55,702 nucleotides of DNA from Gammaproteobacteria bacterium (GTDB lineage Bacteria; Pseudomonadota; Gammaproteobacteria; GCA-001735895), in assembly GCA_024763185.1 (NCBI GenBank), contig JANTFY010000001.1:1-55702 (forward strand). The letters run 5' to 3'. Each line of letters starts with the position of its first letter. The first letter of the stretch is position 1. A program made the position numbers and the translations under genes. Under the pieces are notes generated by a model. The model was given only the letters and a program-made list of their open reading frames with translations, was not told where the DNA came from and did no database searches. This document shows, piece after piece, positions 28,544 through 38,936 of this stretch.

Positions 28544-29590
28544 CTAAGCTTTAGCGTTTTGCAAAACCAATAAGTGATTCAACAAGGTTGTCAGATAAAA
28601 GCCTTTTTCCAGTTCTACCCTTATGCGCAATTCTGTCCGCTCAGCATTAAAGTCGGCTTGCAATGCGCTGACAAGCGCCCGGTTGGCCCTGAATGAACGT
28701 TTGATTTTATTCCGGATTAACGTATCCGCTATTTCCGGATTTTGCTTGATAACCTGCTGTTCAATGTCTAATGCCCTTGCACTTAATCGACTTTCACCCG
28801 TACCAAACAAGCTGATGGCGCTGTGAATATCTTTGTCACTGTAGCGCTTAAGTATTTCGTGGTTGAGGGATTCACTAAAAACCGACTGGCTGCCGGCCAG
28901 CATAAAAACATCACCCTCAACAGGTTGTTGCCAGATGCCCTGCCCGATTCGGCTGGCTAATATGCGGTTAAACAGTTCGCTGCGCAGGGCGGACAGGTAC
29001 AGGCTTTTTTTGTTGCGGTTCAGGCGTTTGGCTTTGTGGCGGTTGTTCAGTACCCTGAGCGCCTGTTCAACATTATCCTGTTTCTGTCCAAAACGTTGTT
29101 GCCCGAAATAATTGGCGAAGCCGTGTTTGCTTAGTTTTTCTATTCGGGTTTCGAAATCATCGCTCTGCCCCGTTATTTCTCGCACCACCACATCAAAACT
29201 GTTGGAGCGATGTATACCAACGCGTAGCTTTTTGTCATGCCACGCGGATTCTAAAACCTGGTAGTTTTCTGTATCGGGTATTTCAGGTTTACATTTGGCG
29301 CCCGGCAGATGCAGACTGATCCATTGCCGGGTGATGGCGTGTTTGTCCTTGAGCCCGGCATAACCGATGTTTTTGCAATTCAGACCGGTGACCCGGGCAA
29401 CCTGTTCAATCAACTGATGGGTTGTAAGGTTGTTTTTTTCAACATACAAGAACAGATGTTCGCCTTCACCGCTGGGCTTGAAACCGAGTTTTTCTGTGAC
29501 TTGAAAATCCGCTGCCGAAGACTTGATGACACCGGTTAAATGGATCTCGCCATAGGGCAAAACCTGCCCGCTTTGCGATGCTGTCACCAT
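28544..29590 (-). CDS. truD: tRNA pseudouridine(13) synthase
   Basis: DFQVTEKLGFKPSGEGEHLFLYVEK and GYAGLKDKHAITRQW (the catalytic Asp motif) are present. Confidence 0.92.
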   Translation of the reverse strand: MVTASQSGQVLPYGEIHLTGVIKSSAADFQVTEKLGFKPSGEGEHLFLYVEKNNLTTHQLIEQVARVTGLNCKNIGYAGLKDKHAITRQWISLHLPGAKCKPEIPDTENYQVLESAWHDKKLRVGIHRSNSFDVVVREITGQSDDFETRIEKLSKHGFANYFGQQRFGQKQDNVEQALRVLNNRHKAKRLNRNKKSLYLSALRSELFNRILASRIGQGIWQQPVEGDVFMLAGSQSVFSESLNHEILKRYSDKDIHSAISLFGTGESRLSARALDIEQQVIKQNPEIADTLIRNKIKRSFRANRALVSALQADFNAERTELRIRVELEKGFYLTTLLNHLLVLQNAKA

Positions 29591-30279
29591 CAGGCTGTTT
29601 TCTTCTTTTCAGCCACTTTATTGCGGATGTAGTTGATTTTGACATCAGCGGGACTGGTCTGCATTTTATTATCGATGGCCTGCCGTGCCAGTCTGACCAG
29701 GGCCGCAGCTGTTGGGTAAATATCGGCATGAAACTGTACTTTATGCGAATCGGCCAGGCCCGCCTCCTGCCAGGCCTGAAACCCGTTTCCGACTGCCTGT
29801 GTATTTTCAAGCAGCTTCATATCCTGCAGTTTGATTAAACGTTCTTCGCCATTTAACTCCACCAGGCCGGAGTTTTTATTTCTTTGATATTGCGCCAGAT
29901 AGACTTCACCCATTCGTGCATCCAACGCGGCCAGGACCGAGTCACAAGCCAGCGTCTCCGTGGCCTGTTGTGCCAGCACGGCCAAGGTGGAAATACCCAT
30001 AACAGGCCTAGATAAACCCAAAGCCAGGCCCTGTGCCGTGGCAGCAGCAATGCGTACGCCGGTGAAGGCCCCAGGGCCATTGGCAAAGCTGACACAGTCG
30101 ATATCATCACGTTGCAGCTTTGCCTGGGTGAGAACGGAATTGAGCATCAATGGCAGGTAACGGGTGTGTTCACGCGGGGTGATTTTAAATTCTTCGAAAA
30201 GTTGCCCCTGTGTATTCAATAACGCAACCGAACAGGCTTCAGTGGAGGTTTCCAGGGCCAGAATATTCAACGGTAACAA
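29590..30279 (-). CDS. tsaB: tRNA t6A37 biosynthesis protein TsaB (YeaZ)
   Basis: ILALETSTEACSVALL and NGPGAFTGVRIAAATAQGLA motifs are present. Confidence 0.9.
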   Translation of the reverse strand: MLPLNILALETSTEACSVALLNTQGQLFEEFKITPREHTRYLPLMLNSVLTQAKLQRDDIDCVSFANGPGAFTGVRIAAATAQGLALGLSRPVMGISTLAVLAQQATETLACDSVLAALDARMGEVYLAQYQRNKNSGLVELNGEERLIKLQDMKLLENTQAVGNGFQAWQEAGLADSHKVQFHADIYPTAAALVRLARQAIDNKMQTSPADVKINYIRNKVAEKKKTA

Positions 30280-30285
30280 GCCTGA

Positions 30286-30846
30286 TTAACGCAAAGCTTG
30301 CAGAATCTGTTGCGCATCCGCAATCAACGGGTGATTAGGATTAGTATCAATAAATTGCTGCATGGCTTCGCTGGCAGTACTTTTATTACCGATACCGGCA
30401 GCGCTGAGGCCCTTGCCAAACAGGGCATTGGGTAATAAGTAGCTGTCAGCATATTGCTTAATAAAATCATCAAAAGCCTTAACCGAGCCTGCCAGGTCGC
30501 CCTTATCCATGAGTTGTTGGGCTTTGGAGAACTGGGCTAGCTGTTTCTGGTAGGCCTCGTCGTTGGTTAAATCATCCTTCCAATAGGGTTGTATCAGGGT
30601 TTCTGTCGCTTCGGCACCGCGTATGCCCGCGGTATAAACCACACTTGATTTAGCGCTTTGTCGCTGGCTGGGGTTATAGGCTCGCATGCGTGACCATACC
30701 GACAAAAACAGGCCTTTAAACACACTATGCGTTTCGGTTTTTTTGACAATAACCTGAGGTGTCGGCTGTTGTGCGCTGACGGGCACAGCAACAAGCAATA
30801 ATAGCGGCAGTAAAAAGGGCATTTTCAGCAGTCGTAATGGTTTCAT
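30286..30846 (-). CDS. Secreted TPR-like (YbgF/CpoB-type C-terminal repeat) protein
   Basis: The signal peptide is ...LLLVAVPVSA/QQ. The C-terminal half resembles YbgF-type TPR repeats (GDLAGSVKAFDDFIKQYADSYLLPNALF). It lies 6 nt downstream of the giant gene. Confidence 0.65.
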   Translation of the reverse strand: MKPLRLLKMPFLLPLLLLVAVPVSAQQPTPQVIVKKTETHSVFKGLFLSVWSRMRAYNPSQRQSAKSSVVYTAGIRGAEATETLIQPYWKDDLTNDEAYQKQLAQFSKAQQLMDKGDLAGSVKAFDDFIKQYADSYLLPNALFGKGLSAAGIGNKSTASEAMQQFIDTNPNHPLIADAQQILQALR

Positions 30847-30852
30847 CGGTTT

Positions 30853-33800
30853 TTATTGGCTTAACAGTTTACTGTAAGCTGCATAGCGGTTTTTCAAGTC
30901 AGGTGATTTACTGATCGCGGTTTGAAAATCCCGTGCAGCGGCGTTCAGGTCTCCCTTTTTATATCGGGCCATGGACAGGTTCAACCAGATACCACCATCC
31001 TGTTCGTCCAGTTTAACAGCCTGCAGGTAACTCGCAATCGCTTTGTCGTAATCGTCCTGTAGTAGGTAAAGATTGCCCTGGTTGGTATGCACAGCACTGT
31101 TTTGCGGTGCTATCTCGTACAGTTCATCAAAGCTTAACTGGGCCTCATGATACAGGCCATAACGGCTGTACAATATCGCGATCTGCATTCGTGCCTCGAT
31201 ATTTTTCGGATTGTTCTCGATCATGCTTTGAAACGGAAGAATCAGGCGGTTGATGCTCTTGGCCAACAGTTGGTTGGTCGCCGTGCTGATTAAAAGGCCA
31301 GTAGTTTCAGGGTCTGGAATGTTGATGCTGTAACGCGCCTTTTTCAGGGTAACCGGCGGATATTGCTGCCATGCCTGTTGCAGATCGATAATGCCCAGAT
31401 TCCCATCCGTTTTTGCCTGGTGATACCGCCTGGCGCCTTCTGCCCAGGCTTCATTGAAACTGGCATTGATCATGGTGGCTTCCAGGGGAATCCACACCTG
31501 ACCATTACGTATAGCGATTAATCCGCTGTCCTGGCTGATCAGGTTGGCCTCGTTTTCTGGTAAGCCGGTATTAAACATCAGCAATAAATGGCCCGGTACT
31601 TCCAGTAACGCGGTTTCGATACCCAGATTTTCCAGTCCGGCACTGAGCAATACCGACAGGTCATCGCAATCGCCACTTTTCAATTTCAGGGTTTCTCGCG
31701 GAAACTGTACATAATCCACCTGATCTTCACGCAGCGTCGTGTAAGGGGTATTGGGATCGATGACGTACTTGGTTCCGGCTGCGGTCAGGCTGCTGAAATA
31801 GGTCATGGCTGCCACTAATTTGTCATTCAGCGGCCCGGAATGTGGCTGGTATTCGTTGATGACGGTTCGAACGTAGTTGCGCAGGCTGTCATCCTTGGGG
31901 GTGACGAACGAACCGACCATCTGTGCATCCCCCCACAGCATGGCATTTTTACCATAGATGGTCATGGGCTGGGTCAGACGGATGAAGTCTTTCTGGCCAT
32001 CCCGGTTATAACTCAGCTTGACCTCGACCTGGACGCCGATGTCTTCATCCACTTCCAGGATTTTATTGTTAAAGGTCACCTTGAAATCAAACGCCAGGGT
32101 TTCATTACCCTTGATCAGAGCAATGTCCTGGATGACCGGAAAATCCATGTATTCCTTGATTTGGAAGGACAACTGCAGGTTGCCATAGTCGGTGCCGCCG
32201 GCATTTTTCAGGTTTACCGAACCGATCGACTGGTTTGCATATTTTTTATAGGCCGCAGAAAAGACATGTTTAAGATTGAGATCGGTCAGCAACAGTTGGG
32301 GCGCATTGCTTTTGAACTCCAGAGACCTCTTTTTATCTGCAAAAGCACTGTTGAGAAGGGCCCGGTTATTGTCGCTGGGATCCAGTTTCACCGCTTTTTC
32401 CAGGGCCGTGATGGCCTGGTCAAACAGGCGTCGTTTGCTGAACATCTGTCCCAGCGCCAGATGCGGCTCAGCCCAGGCCGGGTTGATGCCTGCCGCTTTT
32501 TCGAGGTGTTGCTGGGACTGGTCGAACAGGTTGGCATCCAGGTACACCTTGCCCAGTTTATATTGTAATTGTGCCGAGGCCGGCTGCAGATTGATGGCGG
32601 TTTTCAAATACTCTATGGCAGAGCTGATCTTGCCCTGCTGGTTGGCTATTTCAGCTTGTAGCGTTAACACCTCAATATCTTTTGGCGCGAGACGCGCGGC
32701 ACGCTGTGCATATTGCAGTGCCGAATGAAAATTGCGCGTGGCAATCAGGCCCTGGGTGTAGAGTTTATTGACTTCCACGTCCTGCGGTCTGAGTTCAGCT
32801 GCCTTGTCCAGATAGCCGATAGCCTGGTCATACAGTTCCAGTTGCAGCGCCAGCTGCCCGGCCAGGTGATTGAGCCTGAATGAGTCTTTATTGGTCTTGA
32901 CACCCTCACCCAGGCTGGTAAATGCCTGTGCCTTTTTATTCAGTTTGATATAGGCCTGGGCCAGAGAATACCAGGCATCGATATTTTCCGGTTTAACCTT
33001 GCATGCCCGAGTCAGGCGCAACACGGCTTCGGTATACTTCTGCTGCTTGGTTGCAATTTTGCCGAGTACATAATAACCATCGCCCTTGGTTGATTCCTGG
33101 GTGGACAGGTTGATGGCTATCGTCTTGGCCTCATCATCGCGGTCGAGCATAAGCAAGGCATTGGCCTGGCCGATGACAGCCGCTCCTGGTTCAGGACTGA
33201 CTTTTGCGATGGCTTCATACTGATCAAGTGCGAGCTGGTAACGCTGCATCTGCATGTAATGCTCTGCAATTAACAGTCGTATCGGGTAGTTATCAGGATA
33301 GGAAGCAACCACCGTGGCATACTCTTGCAGCCCCTGCTCGATCACATCGGCCATTATATAGGCCCTACCCAGTAGATAGCGTAAACGGGCACTATCAGCG
33401 TGCCGGGCCAGGCCATCCTCTGCACAGGTTACCGCTCCAATTGCGTCTGCCAGCTTGATACTCAATTCAGCACAAACCAGGTAGGGATACAGTTCATCCG
33501 GTGTCTGCGCCAAAACCTGCTCAATCAGAGACCTGGCATCAAGATACTGTTCCAGTTCGTAAAACGCCCTAACCTGTTGCCTGATGGACAGATCCTGATA
33601 CCCCGGAAACTGTTCCAGTCGACGAAAACTGGCCAGGGATGCCTGTTGCTGTCCGGATAATAACTGGCTTTGCGCTTTATGATACAGAACATCGGCATTA
33701 TCCGGCTCGGCTTTTAATATCCGATCCGCCAGTTTGATCACTTCGTGGTATTGTCCGAGCTTGAATAACTGATCAAGTTGATAAAACCGGTTCTGTCGGG

Positions 33801-35820
33801 GCGCTGATGGTGCACCTGTAACGCCCAACCCGCTGATGGTTCGAATTCGGTACCAGGGCAAGGATTGCGACTCAATGTATTTAAAGGTTATGTGCGGTTC
33901 TGTTGTTTTCGCAATAGTGCGGTAAAGTCCGTCTGCGCTGGCAGCGGCCTGTACCTGATAAGCGGCGATTAACGGGCTGTAGCTGCTAGCCCAGTGCAAT
34001 TTTACCTGTTCTTTATTGGCCTGTACCCGTAAACCAAAGGCGGCATCCGGCGATTCATGATAGTCAAAGCGAAACAACCGGTTGCGTTTGTCATCGTTTA
34101 TATAAATGGTGTTTTTGTCGCTGGAACTTACCGACAGGGATGTGGCTCGGGCGAAATAAAGCGGCGAGCCATTGTTGTGTCCGCTGCCAAACTCTTCAAT
34201 CTTGCGGTGATTTTCATACAGGCGCACGCTGTATTTGTTGGCATCTGAACTGCCCAGAACATACAGGCGATCCTGGAGATCGATATCCAGTGCATGTATT
34301 TTGTCAAATTGATGAATGGACTTATTTTTATAACCAATGGAAATCACACTTTTGTGTGACGGCTGTAGCACTCTTATAGGGAATTTACCGGCCTGATCCG
34401 CCACATACAGATTTTTCTGGCTATCCACGGCAATAGGGCCTACTTGCTCAAAGGTTTCCGTGGAGCCACCTTTAATCTGCCTTACAAACTGACCGTCTCG
34501 AGCAAAAATTTGTACCCGGTTATTGCCACTGTCGGCGACATAAACCTGATTATGTGCAGTGAAAACATGGCTGGGTTTGTCAAAGGCGCCCTCAGAAATG
34601 CCGTAGCGCCCGATTGCATAAATCTGTTGGCCGTCATGGGTGTAGGTATACAGCATGTTTTTTTGCAAAATGGCGACCATTTGTGAACCACTGTGTATCG
34701 CCGTGGGCGCTTTTATCTCACTGGCAAACTCGCCCTGGGGTTTACCTTCGGCGGATAGAATGACGATACCTTTATCATCCTTTTGGACACATAACAGCTG
34801 GTCTTTGACAAAGGCGTGTACCGACTGACATTGACTGGGTTGTTGCCAGGTAAATCTTATAACATCGTATTTAACTGGCTTCGCAAAGTCCGTGTTTTCC
34901 AACTGATACACTTCCACTTTACGGTTTTTCTTATCCACTACCGCCAACTGCCCTTTATTGTTGACCGAAAGAAAGGCGATGTTTCGATACTGCCCTCTCG
35001 ACTGGCCCAGGGAACCGAACTTGCTGATAAGAGCGTCGTCCCTCCAGTTATAAATCAAAACCTGTTTTTTGTTGTCTTCGGCCAGATAAAGCAATCCATT
35101 CAGGTCAGCGGTCATGGCACTGAAATCAATCTCGCCACCGAGCTGTTTGGCAAGGGACAGGGTATCCAACTGCTTGATCAACTCTCCGTCACGCCTGAAG
35201 ATACTGACCCGATTACGCTGCCCAGCTTCAAGGACATAGATATTGCCCTGAGCATCCAATGCCAAATGTGTGGGTTTGTAAAGATCACTATTATCGAGAT
35301 CATGAAATCCGAAATGCTGTAGGAATAATCCCTGATCATTGAACACCGATATACGGTTATTATCCCTGTCGGCTATATAGATGTATTGGTTTACCGAGAC
35401 GGCCACGGCTGCCGGTTCATCGAGTTGGCCTGCATCATCACCAGACTGCGAAAACAGGCGCAGGGCTCTATCTGCGGACTCATTGGTTATGGCAAGTTGG
35501 CCACTGTCCGGATTCGCAAAAACCAGGCTTCCATCCGGTAATTGGTCTATTCCGGCCAGGTTTTTCTTTTTAAAAATGCCTGGAGATAGTGGGATCGCTC
35601 TGAAGGCGTCTTTTTCCTGTACCAGCAGTGTCCCGTCACGGCTGGATGTTACCAGCACCCTGCCACTGTCCATTATCTTTAAACCACTGGCCTTGGCCAA
35701 AAATCCTGAGTTTTTTTCATCCTGAATGACCAATTCCAGCGTTTGTGCCTGTAATGTCGGCAAGAAAAAACAATACAGAATGGAAAGGCAGGCAATCTTG
35801 AAAATGGTGAGACGAAACAT
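30853..35820 (-). CDS. Giant secreted multidomain protein: signal peptide, about 10 NHL-type beta-propeller repeats, an Fn3-like domain, a long TPR array, a transglutaminase-like Cys-His core, and C-terminal TPRs
   Basis: The NHL repeats include YIADRDNNRISVF and YVADSGNNRVQIF. More than ten TPR-like repeats span aa 695-1165 and three more span aa 1550-1671. The transglutaminase-like core is KSGDCDDLSVLLSAGLENLGIETALLEVPGHLLLMF...VWIPLEAT. The likely start is MFRLTIFKIACLSILYCFFLPTLQA at 35820. The ORF is open from 35868. Confidence 0.8.
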   Translation of the reverse strand: MFRLTIFKIACLSILYCFFLPTLQAQTLELVIQDEKNSGFLAKASGLKIMDSGRVLVTSSRDGTLLVQEKDAFRAIPLSPGIFKKKNLAGIDQLPDGSLVFANPDSGQLAITNESADRALRLFSQSGDDAGQLDEPAAVAVSVNQYIYIADRDNNRISVFNDQGLFLQHFGFHDLDNSDLYKPTHLALDAQGNIYVLEAGQRNRVSIFRRDGELIKQLDTLSLAKQLGGEIDFSAMTADLNGLLYLAEDNKKQVLIYNWRDDALISKFGSLGQSRGQYRNIAFLSVNNKGQLAVVDKKNRKVEVYQLENTDFAKPVKYDVIRFTWQQPSQCQSVHAFVKDQLLCVQKDDKGIVILSAEGKPQGEFASEIKAPTAIHSGSQMVAILQKNMLYTYTHDGQQIYAIGRYGISEGAFDKPSHVFTAHNQVYVADSGNNRVQIFARDGQFVRQIKGGSTETFEQVGPIAVDSQKNLYVADQAGKFPIRVLQPSHKSVISIGYKNKSIHQFDKIHALDIDLQDRLYVLGSSDANKYSVRLYENHRKIEEFGSGHNNGSPLYFARATSLSVSSSDKNTIYINDDKRNRLFRFDYHESPDAAFGLRVQANKEQVKLHWASSYSPLIAAYQVQAAASADGLYRTIAKTTEPHITFKYIESQSLPWYRIRTISGLGVTGAPSAPRQNRFYQLDQLFKLGQYHEVIKLADRILKAEPDNADVLYHKAQSQLLSGQQQASLASFRRLEQFPGYQDLSIRQQVRAFYELEQYLDARSLIEQVLAQTPDELYPYLVCAELSIKLADAIGAVTCAEDGLARHADSARLRYLLGRAYIMADVIEQGLQEYATVVASYPDNYPIRLLIAEHYMQMQRYQLALDQYEAIAKVSPEPGAAVIGQANALLMLDRDDEAKTIAINLSTQESTKGDGYYVLGKIATKQQKYTEAVLRLTRACKVKPENIDAWYSLAQAYIKLNKKAQAFTSLGEGVKTNKDSFRLNHLAGQLALQLELYDQAIGYLDKAAELRPQDVEVNKLYTQGLIATRNFHSALQYAQRAARLAPKDIEVLTLQAEIANQQGKISSAIEYLKTAINLQPASAQLQYKLGKVYLDANLFDQSQQHLEKAAGINPAWAEPHLALGQMFSKRRLFDQAITALEKAVKLDPSDNNRALLNSAFADKKRSLEFKSNAPQLLLTDLNLKHVFSAAYKKYANQSIGSVNLKNAGGTDYGNLQLSFQIKEYMDFPVIQDIALIKGNETLAFDFKVTFNNKILEVDEDIGVQVEVKLSYNRDGQKDFIRLTQPMTIYGKNAMLWGDAQMVGSFVTPKDDSLRNYVRTVINEYQPHSGPLNDKLVAAMTYFSSLTAAGTKYVIDPNTPYTTLREDQVDYVQFPRETLKLKSGDCDDLSVLLSAGLENLGIETALLEVPGHLLLMFNTGLPENEANLISQDSGLIAIRNGQVWIPLEATMINASFNEAWAEGARRYHQAKTDGNLGIIDLQQAWQQYPPVTLKKARYSINIPDPETTGLLISTATNQLLAKSINRLILPFQSMIENNPKNIEARMQIAILYSRYGLYHEAQLSFDELYEIAPQNSAVHTNQGNLYLLQDDYDKAIASYLQAVKLDEQDGGIWLNLSMARYKKGDLNAAARDFQTAISKSPDLKNRYAAYSKLLSQ

Positions 35821-35961
35821 TGCTTGATCTCTGGATTTGAAACATTGCCAATCCCGGGTGACTGGCATACCGTTAACAGGTTTAAGATGCGAACGCTACA
35901 TTATAACCGATGGCTATAATGAATGGAGAATTTTACGGTTTTTGTTTGACTTGACAGATGC

Positions 35962-36732
35962 TTAACGGGCAATACCACGTTTACTGTCTATCACGAAGCG
36001 CGTAAACAACTCCACTTCGGGAAACTGGTCGATCAATGGCTGCAATTCTGCCAGGGCCTGATCGCGAGGTGTTTTGGACTTGAGTAACAGACGAAAACTC
36101 TTGTGTAAGGCGCGTATCAATTCTGCTGAAAAACCCTTGCGTTTCAGGCCTTCCTTGTTGATACCAAAAGCTTTGGCACGGTTTCCGGCAGCGATTGAAT
36201 AGGGAGGAATATCCTGGGTAATCACCGAACCCAGGCCGCAAAAGGCTTGCGTTCCGATCTGGGTAAACTGGTGCACGGAAGTAAACCCGCCCAACGAGGT
36301 GAAATCACCAACCTCAACATGACCGGCCAGCGACGCCGCATTGGCAAATATGGTGTGGTCGCCTACGACACAATCATGAGCGACATGGCTGTAGGCCATG
36401 AACAGGTTTTCTTTACCTATCCGGGTTTCCCCGTTACCGTCAATGGTACCGCGGTTAAGCGTCACGAATTCCCTGATGGTATTGCCATCACCGACAATCA
36501 GGGTGGTAGCTTCGCCCGCATATTTTTTGTCTTGCGGGGCTTCCCCAATGGAGGCGAACTGAAATATTTTGTTGTTTTTACCCAGTGTCGTGGGGCCAGA
36601 AATAACCACATGGGGTCCAATCCAGCAATCATCACCGATAACTACATCGGCACCGATCACACTATAGGCACCTACCGATACCCTTTCGCCTAACCGGGCT
36701 GAGGGGTCTATGATTGCACTGGGATGTATCAT
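35962..36732 (-). CDS. lpxA: UDP-N-acetylglucosamine O-acyltransferase
   Basis: MIHPSAIIDPSA plus hexapeptide repeats are present. It sits at the end of lpxD-fabZ-lpxA. Confidence 0.95.
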   Translation of the reverse strand: MIHPSAIIDPSARLGERVSVGAYSVIGADVVIGDDCWIGPHVVISGPTTLGKNNKIFQFASIGEAPQDKKYAGEATTLIVGDGNTIREFVTLNRGTIDGNGETRIGKENLFMAYSHVAHDCVVGDHTIFANAASLAGHVEVGDFTSLGGFTSVHQFTQIGTQAFCGLGSVITQDIPPYSIAAGNRAKAFGINKEGLKRKGFSAELIRALHKSFRLLLKSKTPRDQALAELQPLIDQFPEVELFTRFVIDSKRGIAR

Positions 36733-36746
36733 ACTTGTCGTATCCG

Positions 36747-37205
36747 TTATTCTTTATTCTGGGCGCTGCACATCAATTCGGCTTCCGCCACCATTTCATC
36801 ACCCACCATGGCCCTGCCTTCAAACATGCCAATACCTCGCATATTACGTTTTAAGGTCACCGACAGGGTAAGCTGGTCGCCGGGTATTACCTGCCCACGA
36901 AAACGCGCCTTATCGATGCCCACCAACATGTACAGTTTCTCTTTATGACCGGCCTGCATGCTGCAGAAGGATAAAAGCCCGGTGGCCTGGGCGATGGCTT
37001 CCAGAATCAAAACACCAGGCATGATCGGCTGTGACGGGAAATGGCCCTGGAAAAAGGGTTCATTGAACGTGACATTTTTGAGTGCTGTCAGTTGTTTATT
37101 CGGCGTACACTGCAGTACACGATCGATCAACAGAAACGGGAAACGGTGCGGTAAATATTCCATTACCTTTTGAATATCGAAATCAGTGTAAGCAGTTTCC
37201 TTCAT
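36747..37205 (-). CDS. fabZ: 3-hydroxyacyl-ACP dehydratase
   Basis: [13 protein letters not shown] and [18 protein letters not shown] motifs are present. Confidence 0.95.
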   Translation of the reverse strand: MKETAYTDFDIQKVMEYLPHRFPFLLIDRVLQCTPNKQLTALKNVTFNEPFFQGHFPSQPIMPGVLILEAIAQATGLLSFCSMQAGHKEKLYMLVGIDKARFRGQVIPGDQLTLSVTLKRNMRGIGMFEGRAMVGDEMVAEAELMCSAQNKE

Positions 37206-37215
37206 GGGGCCTCTT

Positions 37216-38247
37216 TTACAGTTTTTTTTCCAGGCTCGTGACTATTTTTGCCAGTTTATCGAGCGATTTATAGCGGGCATTATTGCGATGCCACTGCCGG
37301 TTTTCCATCAGCGGAGTACCCGATGAGTAGGTGCCACTTTTTTCTATACTTTTGGTTACCAGTGACTTCGCGGTAATTGTGACATCATCAGCAATCGTTA
37401 AATGGCCGAGAATGCCGGCCGCACCTGAGATTTTACAATTTCTACCAATGATTGCGCTACCGGCAATGCCGACGCAGGCTGCGATCGCCGTATTATCTCC
37501 TATCTGGACATTGTGAGCTACCTGAATCAGGTTATCCAGTTTAACACCATGGCCTATGACCGTATCGTCAAGTGCACCCCGATCAATGGTCGTGTTGGCA
37601 CCAATTTCTACCTTATCCCCAATTCGGACACTGCCCAAATGGGGGATTTTGAGCCACTCTCCCTGTTCATGGACCAGACCAAAACCATCGGCACCGATCA
37701 CCACACCGGGCTGAATAATGACATCGGCGCCCAATACAACATCGTGACACAGCGTCACACCGGCATGCAACCTTGTATCAGGGCCAATACGACAACCCTG
37801 CTCAATGATACAGCCCGCAGCGATACGGACATTGTCGGCAATACTCACCCCTTCACCGATCACGCAGTTGGCTCCGATACTGACATTTTGGCCAAGCTTA
37901 ACAGATGGATCCAATTGCGCAGAGGCATGGACAGATGGCTCTGACTCATGATGCGGAAGCAATAAATGGATCGCCCTGACAAAAGCAAGATGCGGATTCT
38001 TAGCAAATATCAGTGATTTGTCACCCGAGTCAGCATCAAAATCGACGGGGACGATCACCGCAACACAATGACTGTGTTGTAACTGATCTAGATAGTTTAA
38101 AGACTGCAGGAAACAGAGATCTGTTTCAGTTGCCGAAGCCAGGGAAGCAACCGAATGTATTGGCCTGTTCCCATCGCCCCGGAATTCAAGCCCCAGTTGT
38201 TGCGCTATACCCTTGACTGAAAAAGAAGCTTGATCGGAATTAGACAT
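37216..38247 (-). CDS. lpxD: UDP-3-O-acylglucosamine N-acyltransferase
   Basis: The left-handed beta-helix hexapeptide repeats, the C-terminal helix and the synteny all fit LpxD. Confidence 0.93.
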   Translation of the reverse strand: MSNSDQASFSVKGIAQQLGLEFRGDGNRPIHSVASLASATETDLCFLQSLNYLDQLQHSHCVAVIVPVDFDADSGDKSLIFAKNPHLAFVRAIHLLLPHHESEPSVHASAQLDPSVKLGQNVSIGANCVIGEGVSIADNVRIAAGCIIEQGCRIGPDTRLHAGVTLCHDVVLGADVIIQPGVVIGADGFGLVHEQGEWLKIPHLGSVRIGDKVEIGANTTIDRGALDDTVIGHGVKLDNLIQVAHNVQIGDNTAIAACVGIAGSAIIGRNCKISGAAGILGHLTIADDVTITAKSLVTKSIEKSGTYSSGTPLMENRQWHRNNARYKSLDKLAKIVTSLEKKL

Positions 38248-38354
38248 TTCCCTTACGTTTCATTTTATTATTATTGGCCTGCACTCACTGTAAAAGGTTA
38301 CCGTGTCTTAAGGATGTTTTTTACAATACTCTCGGATAGTTTGCTGACCGTCGC

Positions 38355-38891
38355 TTACTGTAAGGAAGCATCCGTTTCGGGCAGGTTTTTCAGCATTTCG
38401 ATAATTTTAGGCGTAATATCGACCGCGTTAGACACATAACTGACACCTTCGGTCAGGATCAGGTCAAATTTTTCCTCATCTCCCAGTTTTTTCAGTACCG
38501 ATGCGATAACGGTCTGCAAATTACGGATTTCCTCGTTGCGTCTCAGGTTCTGATCTTCGCGGAATTCCTGCTGCTCGAACTTGAGTTGGCTCAGTTTGAG
38601 GCGAAGTTCACGTTCAAGTTTACGTTTTGAGGTTTGCGACATGATGTCGCCATCCGTCTTGAGTTTATTTTCCAGAGTCAGCAGTTGCTGTTGCTTGCCG
38701 AGCAGGACTTTCTCACGAGCTTCAAATTGCGCCTTGAGCCGTTCCTCGACCTTTCTGGCCTGCGGGGCTTCCTTTAAAACTTTACCGGTATTTACAAAAC
38801 CGATCTTGTAGCTTCCATCCTGGGCATATAACGTGGATGGCATGAAGCCGGCCAGTATGATGCCAAAACAAAAATTGATAAGGACTTTCAA
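38355..38891 (-). CDS. skp: Periplasmic chaperone Skp (OmpH)
   Basis: A signal peptide is followed by KIGFVN and a long charged coiled-coil. It lies between bamA and lpxD. Confidence 0.85.
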   Translation of the reverse strand: MKVLINFCFGIILAGFMPSTLYAQDGSYKIGFVNTGKVLKEAPQARKVEERLKAQFEAREKVLLGKQQQLLTLENKLKTDGDIMSQTSKRKLERELRLKLSQLKFEQQEFREDQNLRRNEEIRNLQTVIASVLKKLGDEEKFDLILTEGVSYVSNAVDITPKIIEMLKNLPETDASLQ

Positions 38892-38936
38892 ATTTACTTT
38901 AACCCCATGTAACTTATTAACTGGGTAATGCCTGGA

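Noticed and set aside
31840-32728. 242-aa and 150-aa ORFs antisense to the giant NHL/TPR gene
   Set aside because: They are embedded opposite a continuous 5-kb reading frame that has coherent repeat-domain structure. They have no SD or motif support.
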